Virus record (IMG/VR): IMGVR_UViG_3300037424_002202
Location: 1-42,509 of that record
DNA from: a virus
Taxonomy: Duplodnaviria; Caudoviricetes
Reading direction: 5' to 3' (one strand)
DNA length: 42,509 bases
Part shown: positions 17,850 through 27,486 of the stretch, piece after piece
Position numbering within the stretch: the stretch's first letter is position 1
Layout of the letters: each line of letters opens with the position of its first letter
Program-made: the position numbers and the translations under genes
Notes under the pieces: model-generated
The model's database searches: none
What the model was told of the DNA's origin: nothing
Seen by the model: the letters and a program-made list of their open reading frames with translations, nothing else

Positions 17850-18137
17850 TGTATGTACTCCTTAAGTAAATCACCGCTTTATTCAGTGTGTCGGTATCAT
17901 GGTTTAATAAACCTAACGCCATATTACAACTATCACAAAGCAAACCACGTATCTCATTAGTTTCGTGACAATTTTAAACATCCTTAGGTGTTCTTTTCTA
18001 TACTTATGATTACGGGCATTGACGCATTCTTTGCAGAGATAGAACATGTCGTCAGAGTATCTAGTATTCTTACCAAATTCAGACACTGATTTGGTTTTAC
18101 CACAACCACGTTCTGTATCACATTGCCTAATGCCCAT
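17839..18137 (-). pseudogene. Endonuclease VII-type homing endonuclease broken by internal deletion/frameshift
   Basis: Zinc-finger N-half in ORF 17913-18137; C-half CHETNEIRGLLCDSCNMALGLL..N* in another frame at 17839-17970; the CAIC..VDH segment is missing. Confidence 0.85.
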
Positions 18138-18153
18138 TATGTGTTTCTCCTAA

Positions 18154-19653
18154 CTAAACGTATTCAATATTCGTTTCTACCCCAATTGGGATATACTCTT
18201 CAAGTATGGCCGTTAACAAATCAGTCATTTCAGCCTGTAAAGTGGCTCCTGGGTCAGTCACACTAATTTGTACCCATTTGGTAATAATCATCCAAATTGA
18301 ATCAACATGAAAATAATTGGGTATTGCCGACGTAGACTCCAATTCCACACGCAACGATGCGACAGAGTTTGTATATGGCAAAACAACCTTAATTTGCTGC
18401 CACGAACCAAAATACGAAATATCAGCCGCATCACCTGTTACAATAGCTGCCCCGCCACCAGCAGGCCGAATAATTAATCGCGGTGCTTGTGTCCACGTAG
18501 TGCCTGTAGGAATCCAAACCCAAGCCGATAAAACGTACCGGTTGTTGGCCACAACAGAAACAGGGTCTTGCCGTAACAATATCGATGTGCCAGTCAATTT
18601 AAGCGATTTTATTCCATCGTTTACCTTTTCAGAACCTATGACGCCAGAACCATTGACAACTGACCAATCCGACAAACCGGAGTCAAAATTACCATTTTCC
18701 ACAGCACCAAAATCAAAATAAACCGTATTCATATCAAGATCTGTGTTCAAACTTTGCCACTCCACAGAATAAATCGTGGGATCAGCCGGATTTCCTAAAT
18801 TTGGGTCTGGTGCTCCAATATTTCCAAAGTAAAGGTATTCGCAACCAGTCCTATTATAAATCAATGGGAATTTTCTAAGTTTTTGTTCAATCCAACTTTG
18901 TCCAGGAGATGTTTCTGTTGGGACTGATTCGCCGGTGAAATAATTTATAACGGCTGCTATGCCGTCTTTACAGCCTTTACGCTTATACTCAGTAACGGCG
19001 TTTCGCAACCAAACTCTCATCATGGCTTGCGTCGCATTTTTCTCAACACGAACATTGTCAATATAAACAACTGTATCGTCGGCTGTCGCAACCAAACCAT
19101 AATTCCGTGCGCCGGAATTTGGGGTAATCATTAATTTGTATGTTGTCCAACTATCATCGGAATCAGCACTCGTTATTGATACCGATTTCGTAATGTCGGC
19201 CACATCACCAAAACGAACACTACCGGATGTTACTCTAATACGAGCTTCTAATCTGTATTTGGTCGTATTATCCAGTGTCAATGTTTGATAAAACGTGTCC
19301 GTATCGTCCATATCCAATTTTTGCGTCTTAGACAATCTACGAAATGTGATGGACGTTGTTGGTGCTCCAGTAACTGCCCAGTTATCCGACAAACCGTCAC
19401 CATCCGAATCAATTTCCATATTCGGATTTTCTAACAAATTGAGACGCAGAATTTCTGCAGCCAACATTCTCGCAATAAAAGTCAAGGTCCAAGATGGCGA
19501 TAAATCCACATTTTGAACACGTAACGTTCTTTCTGTGTCTTCTACCATTTCATCATAAGTCTCTGATATAACCTCAAGAAAATTTTTCAAATCATTAGTG
19601 ATATCGAGGCCAACAATCGATGTCGGTAGCATTCCAAGCAAATCAATAGCCAT
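18154..19653 (-). CDS. Baseplate wedge protein (P2 gpI-like) with two carbohydrate-binding-like inserts
   Basis: L.FIA.ML and YKRKG...GI gpI hallmarks; NLLENPNME..YIDNVRV and NGNFDSG..W..HVDSI CBM4/9-like domains. Confidence 0.8.
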   Translation of the reverse strand: MAIDLLGMLPTSIVGLDITNDLKNFLEVISETYDEMVEDTERTLRVQNVDLSPSWTLTFIARMLAAEILRLNLLENPNMEIDSDGDGLSDNWAVTGAPTTSITFRRLSKTQKLDMDDTDTFYQTLTLDNTTKYRLEARIRVTSGSVRFGDVADITKSVSITSADSDDSWTTYKLMITPNSGARNYGLVATADDTVVYIDNVRVEKNATQAMMRVWLRNAVTEYKRKGCKDGIAAVINYFTGESVPTETSPGQSWIEQKLRKFPLIYNRTGCEYLYFGNIGAPDPNLGNPADPTIYSVEWQSLNTDLDMNTVYFDFGAVENGNFDSGLSDWSVVNGSGVIGSEKVNDGIKSLKLTGTSILLRQDPVSVVANNRYVLSAWVWIPTGTTWTQAPRLIIRPAGGGAAIVTGDAADISYFGSWQQIKVVLPYTNSVASLRVELESTSAIPNYFHVDSIWMIITKWVQISVTDPGATLQAEMTDLLTAILEEYIPIGVETNIEYV

Positions 19654-21131
19654 TATTGCAAAGTCTCCGGTTTACGCAATTTTCTAACTTGATCTTCAAA
19701 TTGCGCGTCTGTGCTTCCACCTGTTACAGTCACAACAACGGTACCAGCCGTACGAATTTCGTTCAGACGCAAATCCACATCCAATGCTCCAGATGCATCA
19801 GTCGATTTCTTTAAGGTTGAAATCGTCAATCGATCAACACCATCAATAGAGGCAATGGTTTGATACACATCAGACAAGAAAATATCCTCTCCATACCCGT
19901 TAATAAAAATTCCGTCAATCGTTTGATTCGGATCAAGTAACGCGGACAAAACGGTTTCAACACGAGACTGCAGAACCGATTGCTTATAGCCACGTTTACC
20001 AGTAACAATAAGCGTCACATCAATAGAAACGTAAACGGGATCTTCAACAACCACGTGCGTGTCAATTGGTCGCTTAGCATCAATAGCAGCAGCTACTTGA
20101 TTTTTCAACAACGCACTTGGCAAACCACCACCTACCGGAGCAATTGAGATACGAACGAAACCACCATAACCAATAGCTTTAACTTGCTGTACTCCAGCAA
20201 CACCTAAAGCTAAGGTTTCGTAATCGGTTGCTGTAACCGCACGTCCAGCCGTCTTTAGACTTGCCGGAGCATTTACTTTAATTGAGCTTAACCCTTCTTT
20301 TGAAGCACCGCCTGACGACGCCGACGCGTTATTAACACTCGAAACCAACGGTTCAGAACCAAGGAAAACAGTCAACTTATTTGCAGAAACACGGCCTTCT
20401 TCCCCACCACCATTCAAATATTGAATAATGATAGAAGCACCGTTAGCCGGTGACGCACCATTAACACCATCACCAAAAACAATGGTGGCGGTATCGTCTT
20501 CACTGTACAACACGGTATAAACTTGGTCATCATCATCCTTATCGGCCAAATTTAAAACTTCGGTCCACGCCACCGAATTAATGGTAACATCAACCGAACC
20601 GGAAACCACGCTTCCATTAATTAGTCTAATTTCTTGATTTGCCTCACCTGTTCCCGAATAAACCTCAGTTACAATTTCGCCTTGGGAACAAGAACCCGTT
20701 CCGGATAGAGACAAAGCAGGAATCGATAAGTCTGCACTTAAAGAGTAAACTTTTCGCGTTTCACCGTCAGCCGGAACAGTGGCTACCTGAGTACCCTGTA
20801 CAAGAGTAACCCCAGACGGATTAGACGACAGCGTAAATATAACATCGACTGTAGCCGCCTGATTGGTAGACGGAACATAGCCCAACAAACGAGCCAATTT
20901 TAAAGCCGACGTGCGCTCAGTACATTCTGACAAAAACGACTCTTGTAAAATTCGGTCCTGATAATATGACAAACTATCCCCAAGCAAAGCAAACAATTCA
21001 ATAAGCAAAATACCCAAATCGTTACTCGACGTTTCGGTATAGCCTGGCAACTTTTCTGCTTTCTTGGCTAAAAGCTGAGCCAACAAAGAATCGTAATCAC
21101 GAGCACTATAGTCTATCTTGTTTTCTGGCAT
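19653..21131 (-). CDS. Baseplate wedge protein J (gpJ/gp47 family)
   Basis: IDYSARDY, DSLSYYQD, LARLLGY, IVFGDGVNG, RAVTATDYE. Confidence 0.93.
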   Translation of the reverse strand: MPENKIDYSARDYDSLLAQLLAKKAEKLPGYTETSSNDLGILLIELFALLGDSLSYYQDRILQESFLSECTERTSALKLARLLGYVPSTNQAATVDVIFTLSSNPSGVTLVQGTQVATVPADGETRKVYSLSADLSIPALSLSGTGSCSQGEIVTEVYSGTGEANQEIRLINGSVVSGSVDVTINSVAWTEVLNLADKDDDDQVYTVLYSEDDTATIVFGDGVNGASPANGASIIIQYLNGGGEEGRVSANKLTVFLGSEPLVSSVNNASASSGGASKEGLSSIKVNAPASLKTAGRAVTATDYETLALGVAGVQQVKAIGYGGFVRISIAPVGGGLPSALLKNQVAAAIDAKRPIDTHVVVEDPVYVSIDVTLIVTGKRGYKQSVLQSRVETVLSALLDPNQTIDGIFINGYGEDIFLSDVYQTIASIDGVDRLTISTLKKSTDASGALDVDLRLNEIRTAGTVVVTVTGGSTDAQFEDQVRKLRKPETLQ

Positions 21132-21139
21132 AATTTTAC

Positions 21140-21514
21140 CTACACTAACCCAAACGAAAAATCTATTTGATTCGCTTCACCGGTGTCCGATAAATCATAA
21201 AACAACACTACATGAAGCACACCTAAATCCTTATTAGAAATAAACTCAACATCCTTCAATACGACTCGTGGTTCCCAACGCATAACCTCTTCAAAAATAA
21301 ACCGCCTAACCAAATTCTGCAGAATATCATCATTAGGCTCTTGCAACAAAGTACCTATACCGACACCGTAATCACGACGCATAGGACGAGAACCCTTATC
21401 AACAGCCAACAACAACTTTAAACACGATTCAATTTGCGCCTTGTTCTCAACGGCAGATGTTCTACCTGATTGCGCACTTATCGAAAATGGAAATTTTAAA
21501 CCCTTAAGTCCCAT
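21140..21514 (-). CDS. gp25/GPW baseplate (sheath initiator) protein
   Basis: GLKFPF, GSRPMRRDYG, WEPRV. Confidence 0.93.
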   Translation of the reverse strand: MGLKGLKFPFSISAQSGRTSAVENKAQIESCLKLLLAVDKGSRPMRRDYGVGIGTLLQEPNDDILQNLVRRFIFEEVMRWEPRVVLKDVEFISNKDLGVLHVVLFYDLSDTGEANQIDFSFGLV

Positions 21515-21516
21515 AA

Positions 21517-22419
21517 TTAACCAGCCTTAGTCCTACGACTAACATTTCTCGACGGAAACGATATAATAGCAGGAGACACGGTACACGGACCACCACCAGG
21601 CGGAGCAACTACTGTATGCGTATGTGGTGTGGCTCGATCATTCGCCCTAACCACACCGTTAGAACCATTATTTAAAATAAGGTTGCCTTTTGCATTTATG
21701 GTTATGTTACCGCCTTCCATTTTTATTTGCGATCCAGCCTTATCAGTAACAGTCAAAACATTACCAATATTTATTACGTTTCCTTTTTTGTCCGTTATCC
21801 GAATCGCCGCGTCATTGATTTGGATTCGGTTTTGATTAACATCCACAAATTCCGTTCTTTGGCCCATTGTCCATTTCACATTGCCGGTATTTAACGTCAC
21901 GTCTTTTGTATTTCCAGTCACAGCGTTAGAGATTAACTCAATAGAGCCGTCTTGTCTAATGGTAATTTTTGCTTTTTGCGACGCATGCGCAATAACAATT
22001 TCTTCACTTGCCGAATTCAAACTAATAACGTGCGTCTTTCCATTCTTTGGAGCAGACTTTATTTTAATTGCCTCAGAACCAGCTTTATCATTTAATTCCA
22101 CAACGTGGCCAGAAATAGATTTAATGACTTGCGATGTTGGGTAACCATCAATCGCTTCTTGGGGGGCAACGGTTTCATCTGAACGCTGGCCGAACCAATA
22201 AACATCATTCCAACTACCAGATTCAAAAAATATAAGCACTCTATCATCAATTTTCGGCATCATAAAATGGTGGGACGAAAACGCCGGTTGCGCCCAAATC
22301 GCATGCGACATTATTTCTTTATTTCCTAACACTACCTTAAGCCAACCAAAACGCTTTTCAACATCGCCAATGGCTTTAACTGTAGCCGAATAAATCGCCG
22401 CCGAACGTGGATCAATCAT
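21517..22419 (-). CDS. Baseplate spike (gpV/gp5-like)
   Basis: OB-fold P...DRVLIFFESG, SGH..E.ND, beta-helix repeats, C-terminal HTH (His-Thr-His). Confidence 0.88.
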   Translation of the reverse strand: MIDPRSAAIYSATVKAIGDVEKRFGWLKVVLGNKEIMSHAIWAQPAFSSHHFMMPKIDDRVLIFFESGSWNDVYWFGQRSDETVAPQEAIDGYPTSQVIKSISGHVVELNDKAGSEAIKIKSAPKNGKTHVISLNSASEEIVIAHASQKAKITIRQDGSIELISNAVTGNTKDVTLNTGNVKWTMGQRTEFVDVNQNRIQINDAAIRITDKKGNVINIGNVLTVTDKAGSQIKMEGGNITINAKGNLILNNGSNGVVRANDRATPHTHTVVAPPGGGPCTVSPAIISFPSRNVSRRTKAG

Positions 22420-23855
22420 TATTTTGTCTGTCCATTTTGAACGCCAACTTTAAGACCTTCTACCCTACACGAATATCCAGTCTGAGAAATATTGTGCGTA
22501 ACAGTGGACACATAATAACGTCCAGAAAATTTTTGCCCTAAACCGGCAATATCGGCTACCGAAATCGGCCTTAATTTCCAATAACCAGCAGGAATGTCCA
22601 TTGCCACACCAATGTTTAAAATACGTTCGTCAACTTTGGGTTTCTCCTTATTAGTCCCAAGTACCGTCTGTGATTCCGGTTTGTGTTCGATTACAATGGC
22701 CACAACGTATTCTTTAATTTTATCCCACTCGACTCTACCAGCAGAAATGTTGCCAGGACTTACATATGCCCTCAATTCATCCTGCTGCTCTATAGACAAT
22801 GCGGCCAATTTCTTTTCATCCGGACGCCATCCGACGATTTCAAATCCCTCTTTAGTCTTCGTTGGTGCTCCATGTACGTCAACCGAAGAAATTTTACCGG
22901 AATCGGCCTCTACTTTTACTTTCTTACGTGGACGCCCACTTGAAACACTCGCATTATTCACATAGATTAATTTCGTTGCTGCAGATTCAAAAATCGAATC
23001 GTGAATACCACGAAAATCATCAGTACCATTATCAATATCACGAAAAACAAATGTCATTTCAGACTTAAACGTATCGAAAATTTTAGTTAAGGATGCGAAT
23101 TTCAATCGATCGCCTTCAAGCCACACAGCCGCATAAAGTTCATCGGCCAATTCAAAAAGTCGTGCCAAATCTGTCTGCTTTGGTCCTTGCTTTGGGGATT
23201 TTGTTGTGTTTTTAGGAAACGGCGGAACTAACATTATATCCGAATCATCACATTTTAAATGGTTGCGTTTTGCAATCGCTTTAATTATTTCGGGATATGA
23301 ACCCTGCTCAGGATTTGATGCCTCTTCCATTCCTTCGCCTGTATCATCGGCTTCCCCGGATTCATTAATCATTGGGGTATCAACCTCTTCCAATCCCATT
23401 ATCACCATATCACTGAGGCAAATCAAATCAAGTGTGCTATTTTGACCTGCTTTAAATGTGGGCTGCACCTGATGAATTATTCCTTCAAATAAAGTACCAT
23501 ACGATTCCTCTTTTTCCCATCCACCAATAACAGTAACCAACAAGCCGGTTTCGAGCATGTTCGCAAAAATGTTATGTGGATCATACATCGAGATTTTACA
23601 TACATCGGCTTTTCTGTCCGATTGCTCAATGTCAATTTTTGTTACCATTTTCGTAAAATCGTATTCGTTATTAGGAACCGAAATTACTGTAGGCACAGCC
23701 TGAAAACGTGGCCTTATTGACTTTTTTGCAGAGAACCACACACGTGGCTTTAAATATTTTTCTGCTTCAACATAACTAAGACCGACAAATTCATTAACAC
23801 CGGACGACGCCACGTTTCCAGGCGGCTGAATAAAAACTTTCCAGTACGCCCTCAT
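22419..23855 (-). CDS. Baseplate hub (gpD/late control D-like)
   Basis: LFEGII, Q...TDLARL..LA, GLGQKFSGRYYV..VTH..S..GY. Confidence 0.85.
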   Translation of the reverse strand: MRAYWKVFIQPPGNVASSGVNEFVGLSYVEAEKYLKPRVWFSAKKSIRPRFQAVPTVISVPNNEYDFTKMVTKIDIEQSDRKADVCKISMYDPHNIFANMLETGLLVTVIGGWEKEESYGTLFEGIIHQVQPTFKAGQNSTLDLICLSDMVIMGLEEVDTPMINESGEADDTGEGMEEASNPEQGSYPEIIKAIAKRNHLKCDDSDIMLVPPFPKNTTKSPKQGPKQTDLARLFELADELYAAVWLEGDRLKFASLTKIFDTFKSEMTFVFRDIDNGTDDFRGIHDSIFESAATKLIYVNNASVSSGRPRKKVKVEADSGKISSVDVHGAPTKTKEGFEIVGWRPDEKKLAALSIEQQDELRAYVSPGNISAGRVEWDKIKEYVVAIVIEHKPESQTVLGTNKEKPKVDERILNIGVAMDIPAGYWKLRPISVADIAGLGQKFSGRYYVSTVTHNISQTGYSCRVEGLKVGVQNGQTK

Positions 23856-24152
23856 TTATTCACCGAATCGCGCTGGCAAACGATCCCCAGGCAAGAATTG
23901 GCGTTTCAATACTCGAATACGCGTTCCCATTGTTAATGCTAGGGGATTAATCAATGGATTTTGATCGGCAATAACCCACCACAATTTAGATGAACCATAA
24001 TAAGTATATGCTAAAGATTCAAATGTCTCTTTTTCTTGCAAAATAATTGTAAACACCAACGATTCGTCAGTTTGTGGTACAACACGGAATCCCTGAACAA
24101 ATCTTTGCTCTATTGGATCGTATTTCTTCAAGATATTAGCATATCTATTCAT
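23856..24152 (-). CDS. LysM/gpX-like baseplate protein
   Basis: ETFESLAYTYYGSSKLWWVIADQN..NPL.L..GT.I. Confidence 0.88.
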   Translation of the reverse strand: MNRYANILKKYDPIEQRFVQGFRVVPQTDESLVFTIILQEKETFESLAYTYYGSSKLWWVIADQNPLINPLALTMGTRIRVLKRQFLPGDRLPARFGE

Positions 24153-24739
24153 TAGATATTACGTCCTAATTGTAAAGCCGTCATTCCACGACGAAACAGC
24201 GCGTTAACTTTTCCTTCTACTCCATCTTCAATTTCAACAAATTCTACTTTACAGGTGGCCCGTAATGGTGTTAAGAACCGATCATACAAAGAATAAGACA
24301 CTTGCACATTACGAATAAATCCACTAACAACACGCGGTCCTAAACCAAAATGACATTTCGGCGGAGCACCAAATCCAACATCTACTGTATTCAACAAATT
24401 TTTTGTCGACGGATAAAGGAAACTCATCAACGTTTGTATTGCTGGTTGAACACCGGCTAAGGGCAGGGTTACTCGAAATAAGTTTAGCGAAGATGTATCC
24501 GGAGTAGCGTCAAAAAATAGACTAAAAGAATATGAATGCGAACCACCTGAGGAATAAAGCTGCACCGGCGCATGATAGCCACCAAGCTCCATTTCAGTGT
24601 ATTTAGCGGATTTATTTTCTGAAACGTCTGTTGGATTCCACTGAAATGTCAATAAAAGAGGTGGACGCTGTGACGTGTTTGCTAAAAATCCCCTTATAGC
24701 GTGGTGACGAAATTTATTTGTTACGTCGTATACGCCCAT
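24152..24739 (-). CDS. Tube initiator (gpU / eCIS Afp7-like)
   Basis: FQWNP, SFSLFFD, PP.C.F..G, P.RA...V.F.E. Confidence 0.8.
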   Translation of the reverse strand: MGVYDVTNKFRHHAIRGFLANTSQRPPLLLTFQWNPTDVSENKSAKYTEMELGGYHAPVQLYSSGGSHSYSFSLFFDATPDTSSLNLFRVTLPLAGVQPAIQTLMSFLYPSTKNLLNTVDVGFGAPPKCHFGLGPRVVSGFIRNVQVSYSLYDRFLTPLRATCKVEFVEIEDGVEGKVNALFRRGMTALQLGRNI

Positions 24740-26370
24740 TAGGGTTTCACCTTTCCAGTACGAGCACGTTCCAAATCTTGACGCTTAATTAATTCTTCAG
24801 CAAAAACAGCACCCATTTCACGCATTCCATTATTCAACGTGTCAACCGTCTGCATGTTTGGTGCTTGTATAGAAATGGCCATTGAATCGATTTTCACTGA
24901 ATTATCTGTTGAGTTTGGAGCAGGCGGCAACACTCCAGGCGACGCTCCAGGCACATAACGAGTATAATTTTTGCCTTCTTCATCATAAACATTCGCTGAC
25001 ATTAATTCTTTAAAGGCATACTTATCACCAGTCATTGCTCTGCCCCAAAGAGCATAATAATCCATCGATCCACCAACAGCAGTACCCAACTGTTTCCATC
25101 CTTCTACAACGTGACCAAGCAAATCAAACAAAACAAGAATAATTTTCACACTTGCGGCAATTTGCCCCAACGTAGTTGCAAATTCTTTCCACGCATCGTT
25201 ACTTTTCCCAATTTTTTCATTTTCTCCAAATAACGAATTAATTGCACCGCGTAATTGATCAATAGCCTCACTTCCAATATCCCATCCTTCCATAAACCAT
25301 CCAATTATCTGCCTTACTTTAATAGCAACCAATTCCATCCAAATCAAAAATGGAACAACGACTCGTTTTTGGTCCGCAAGTACAGTACCAGTTTTATCGA
25401 TCCAAGGCTTAATGGTGTTATTCCATAAAACGTCAAAAGCTCGACCAACTAAACGAATTGCCTGAGTGAGCACTGCGCCAATAAAACGCATTATGGCCGC
25501 AACTTTTTCTTCAACAGCCTCAAATTTCGACAATATACCCTGTAAAAATGTAGTCCAAGCGGTAAGCATACGGCCTTCTTTGGGCAGCCCAACAATAGCC
25601 AATCTTAGACGATGGAAAAAATCGCCAATGTTTGACGATACATGGCCCAAAGAGCCAGCCATAATTTGCATTCCCTTTTGAAAACGCGGAATAGTCCCTA
25701 AAAATTTAAGAACAGCCTCTCTATAAGCATCTGTTCCAGGAGTTAAACCATCAGTGAATTTTTTCATCTCCAGCGTGTTAACAGCAAACGATTGTCTCAA
25801 ACCACGAGACATTCCCTGTGTTGCTAAATTAACTGAATAAATTGCCGTTTCAAGTGGCTTCTTCATTGCCGCCGCCATGTTTGCCACCAAATCCATTTGT
25901 TTGGCCGCGTCCATTCCAAATGCCGTCATATTTACAAAACCCTCAATGACCTCATCCACTCCAAATGGTGTAGCTGCAGCTTTGCGCTCAGCAAAATGGT
26001 AGGTTTCAAGGGCTTTTTCATTAGAACCTAATAAAGATTCTAAACGAATCAATTGATCCTCTGCCTGTTGTCCAGTATTGATCAATCCTTGAAAAATACC
26101 GATACCAACGCGTATACTTAAGTAAGACGTAATAGCGGCAATCAATGCGTACATTTTTCCGGTAAGAAAACCAACAGCCTGAGAAGACGGCGTTATTCCT
26201 TGATTAGTCATATTCTGAAAATTTACTGCGCCTTGCTGTGCCGCCTGTGCTGCTTGCTGTGCGCTTCTGCCAACCTTATTCATAGCCTGAACCGCTTCTT
26301 GTGCTGGCCTGCTCGTCTCATTTTTCGCGAATATTCTGAAACCGAAGCCGAATACATGATCGTTAGCCAT
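24739..26370 (-). CDS. Tape measure protein (short, 543 aa)
   Basis: A..TPF...EV tape-measure core, helical Ala/Gly-rich, follows the chaperones. Confidence 0.88.
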   Translation of the reverse strand: MANDHVFGFGFRIFAKNETSRPAQEAVQAMNKVGRSAQQAAQAAQQGAVNFQNMTNQGITPSSQAVGFLTGKMYALIAAITSYLSIRVGIGIFQGLINTGQQAEDQLIRLESLLGSNEKALETYHFAERKAAATPFGVDEVIEGFVNMTAFGMDAAKQMDLVANMAAAMKKPLETAIYSVNLATQGMSRGLRQSFAVNTLEMKKFTDGLTPGTDAYREAVLKFLGTIPRFQKGMQIMAGSLGHVSSNIGDFFHRLRLAIVGLPKEGRMLTAWTTFLQGILSKFEAVEEKVAAIMRFIGAVLTQAIRLVGRAFDVLWNNTIKPWIDKTGTVLADQKRVVVPFLIWMELVAIKVRQIIGWFMEGWDIGSEAIDQLRGAINSLFGENEKIGKSNDAWKEFATTLGQIAASVKIILVLFDLLGHVVEGWKQLGTAVGGSMDYYALWGRAMTGDKYAFKELMSANVYDEEGKNYTRYVPGASPGVLPPAPNSTDNSVKIDSMAISIQAPNMQTVDTLNNGMREMGAVFAEELIKRQDLERARTGKVKP

Positions 26371-26564
26371 TAACGTTTTCCTATGCTATCCATATCTTGT
26401 TTTTCTTTTTTAATCTGTATTAGAATCCGATTAAAAAACTTAAGTCTCATCGGATCCGATAAATTCATAATTTCATTATATGACCAATGATAACGAGCCG
26501 CTATTACATGCACTTGTTCTACCAATTCGTACTTTCCGCCGTCCTCAGGCGGTATTAGAAAAAA
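26370..26564 (-). CDS. C-terminal extension of the tail chaperone (gpE'/DUF6760-like), probably reached by -1 frameshift
   Basis: EQVHVIAARYHWSYNEIMNL..R; open in the -1 frame across the slippery site. Confidence 0.75.
   Translation of the reverse strand, partial: FFLIPPEDGGKYELVEQVHVIAARYHWSYNEIMNLSDPMRLKFFNRILIQIKKEKQDMDSIGKR
26536..26564 (-). promoter_or_regulatory. -1 programmed frameshift signal
   Basis: T TTT TTC at 26564-26558, 5-nt spacer, then CCGCC-TGAGGAC-GGCGG hairpin. Confidence 0.8.
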
Positions 26565-27283
26565 TACGACATGTCCAAAATCTGTTGCGAATCTCGACCG
26601 CAACTTGAACACGCCACCACATGTTTAATGCCGAACCCAGGCATATTCATGGTCATTGCTTGAATAATAGCGTCAATATCTTTCAGGCTCAAAGCTTGGA
26701 TAATTTTCACACCCAATCCTGAAAATTTATTCATATCGAGTGAACCGAAACTCTTAACCTTACGAGCAATGAGGGCATTGCACCATTCACCATAATTCCT
26801 AGCCAACACACTATTAAGAATTTCCTCGTCATAACCGGTTGGAATACCTAGTACCAATTGTGAATGCGTATTACCGTCCTTGTCTGTATATCCCTTCGGC
26901 AAATCAATTTCAATTTCATTTTTCCAATCTTCCCATTGCGTGAATTCCAGCGTAGATAAATCCTCAACCAAATCAAAACCAGCCTCACACCAAGGACAAA
27001 TGTAACGGGTTTTAATTTCGTTACCAATAGAATGCTTCTGTAGATAAACAATCACAGAATTTCTATCGGTTACAAACATATGCCGAATCTGCTCCTCAGC
27101 GGGAGCCTTTCCGCCTATTGATACAATACAGTGCTTCAATAGAGCGGTCGTCAATCGGGCTTGATTTTTCTTAAGCTCTTTATCGGCAATAATCTGACGA
27201 GAAAAACCATCAAGCTCTTTGATTTCAATTTCTGTAACAACGGTATCTTCCACCTTCAAACCGATGGGTAAACGGACCTGCAT
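26555..27283 (-). CDS. Tail assembly chaperone with zinc ribbon
   Basis: Between tube and tape measure; duplicated LP.G motif; CPWC and CSSC. Confidence 0.8.
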   Translation of the reverse strand: MQVRLPIGLKVEDTVVTEIEIKELDGFSRQIIADKELKKNQARLTTALLKHCIVSIGGKAPAEEQIRHMFVTDRNSVIVYLQKHSIGNEIKTRYICPWCEAGFDLVEDLSTLEFTQWEDWKNEIEIDLPKGYTDKDGNTHSQLVLGIPTGYDEEILNSVLARNYGEWCNALIARKVKSFGSLDMNKFSGLGVKIIQALSLKDIDAIIQAMTMNMPGFGIKHVVACSSCGRDSQQILDMSYFF

Positions 27284-27391
27284 ATAATATCTCCTCTATC
27301 TTTTGTACCCATACAGGCACAAAGCAATTATTTAACTCTTTATTTTACACAGCAATCAATAAAGGCACAAAGGCTTTACGTGTTCACGACC

Positions 27392-27458
27392 AAATATAAA
27401 TAAGCCCCTTTCGGGGCTTGTGATCCTGACTTGCAAAGCATTGGACAGGACTAATCAC
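27392..27458 (-). ncRNA. Candidate small RNA (about 65 nt, two hairpins)
   Basis: Predicted +1 of an upstream sigma-54-like promoter falls on the first base of a GTGA..TCAC / TCCTG..CAGGA stem; ends in a terminator. Confidence 0.4.
27402..27419 (-). terminator. Intrinsic terminator after the tube gene
   Basis: AAGCCCC-GAAA-GGGGCTT followed by ATTTATATTT. Confidence 0.8.
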
Positions 27459-27468
27459 CATTAACTTG

Positions 27469-27485
27469 TGAAAATTACGTGCCAA
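27469..27485 (-). promoter_or_regulatory. Sigma-54-like promoter (perfect -24, variant -12)
   Basis: TTGGCACGTAATTTTCA immediately after the tube stop codon. Confidence 0.45.
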
Positions 27486-27486
27486 A

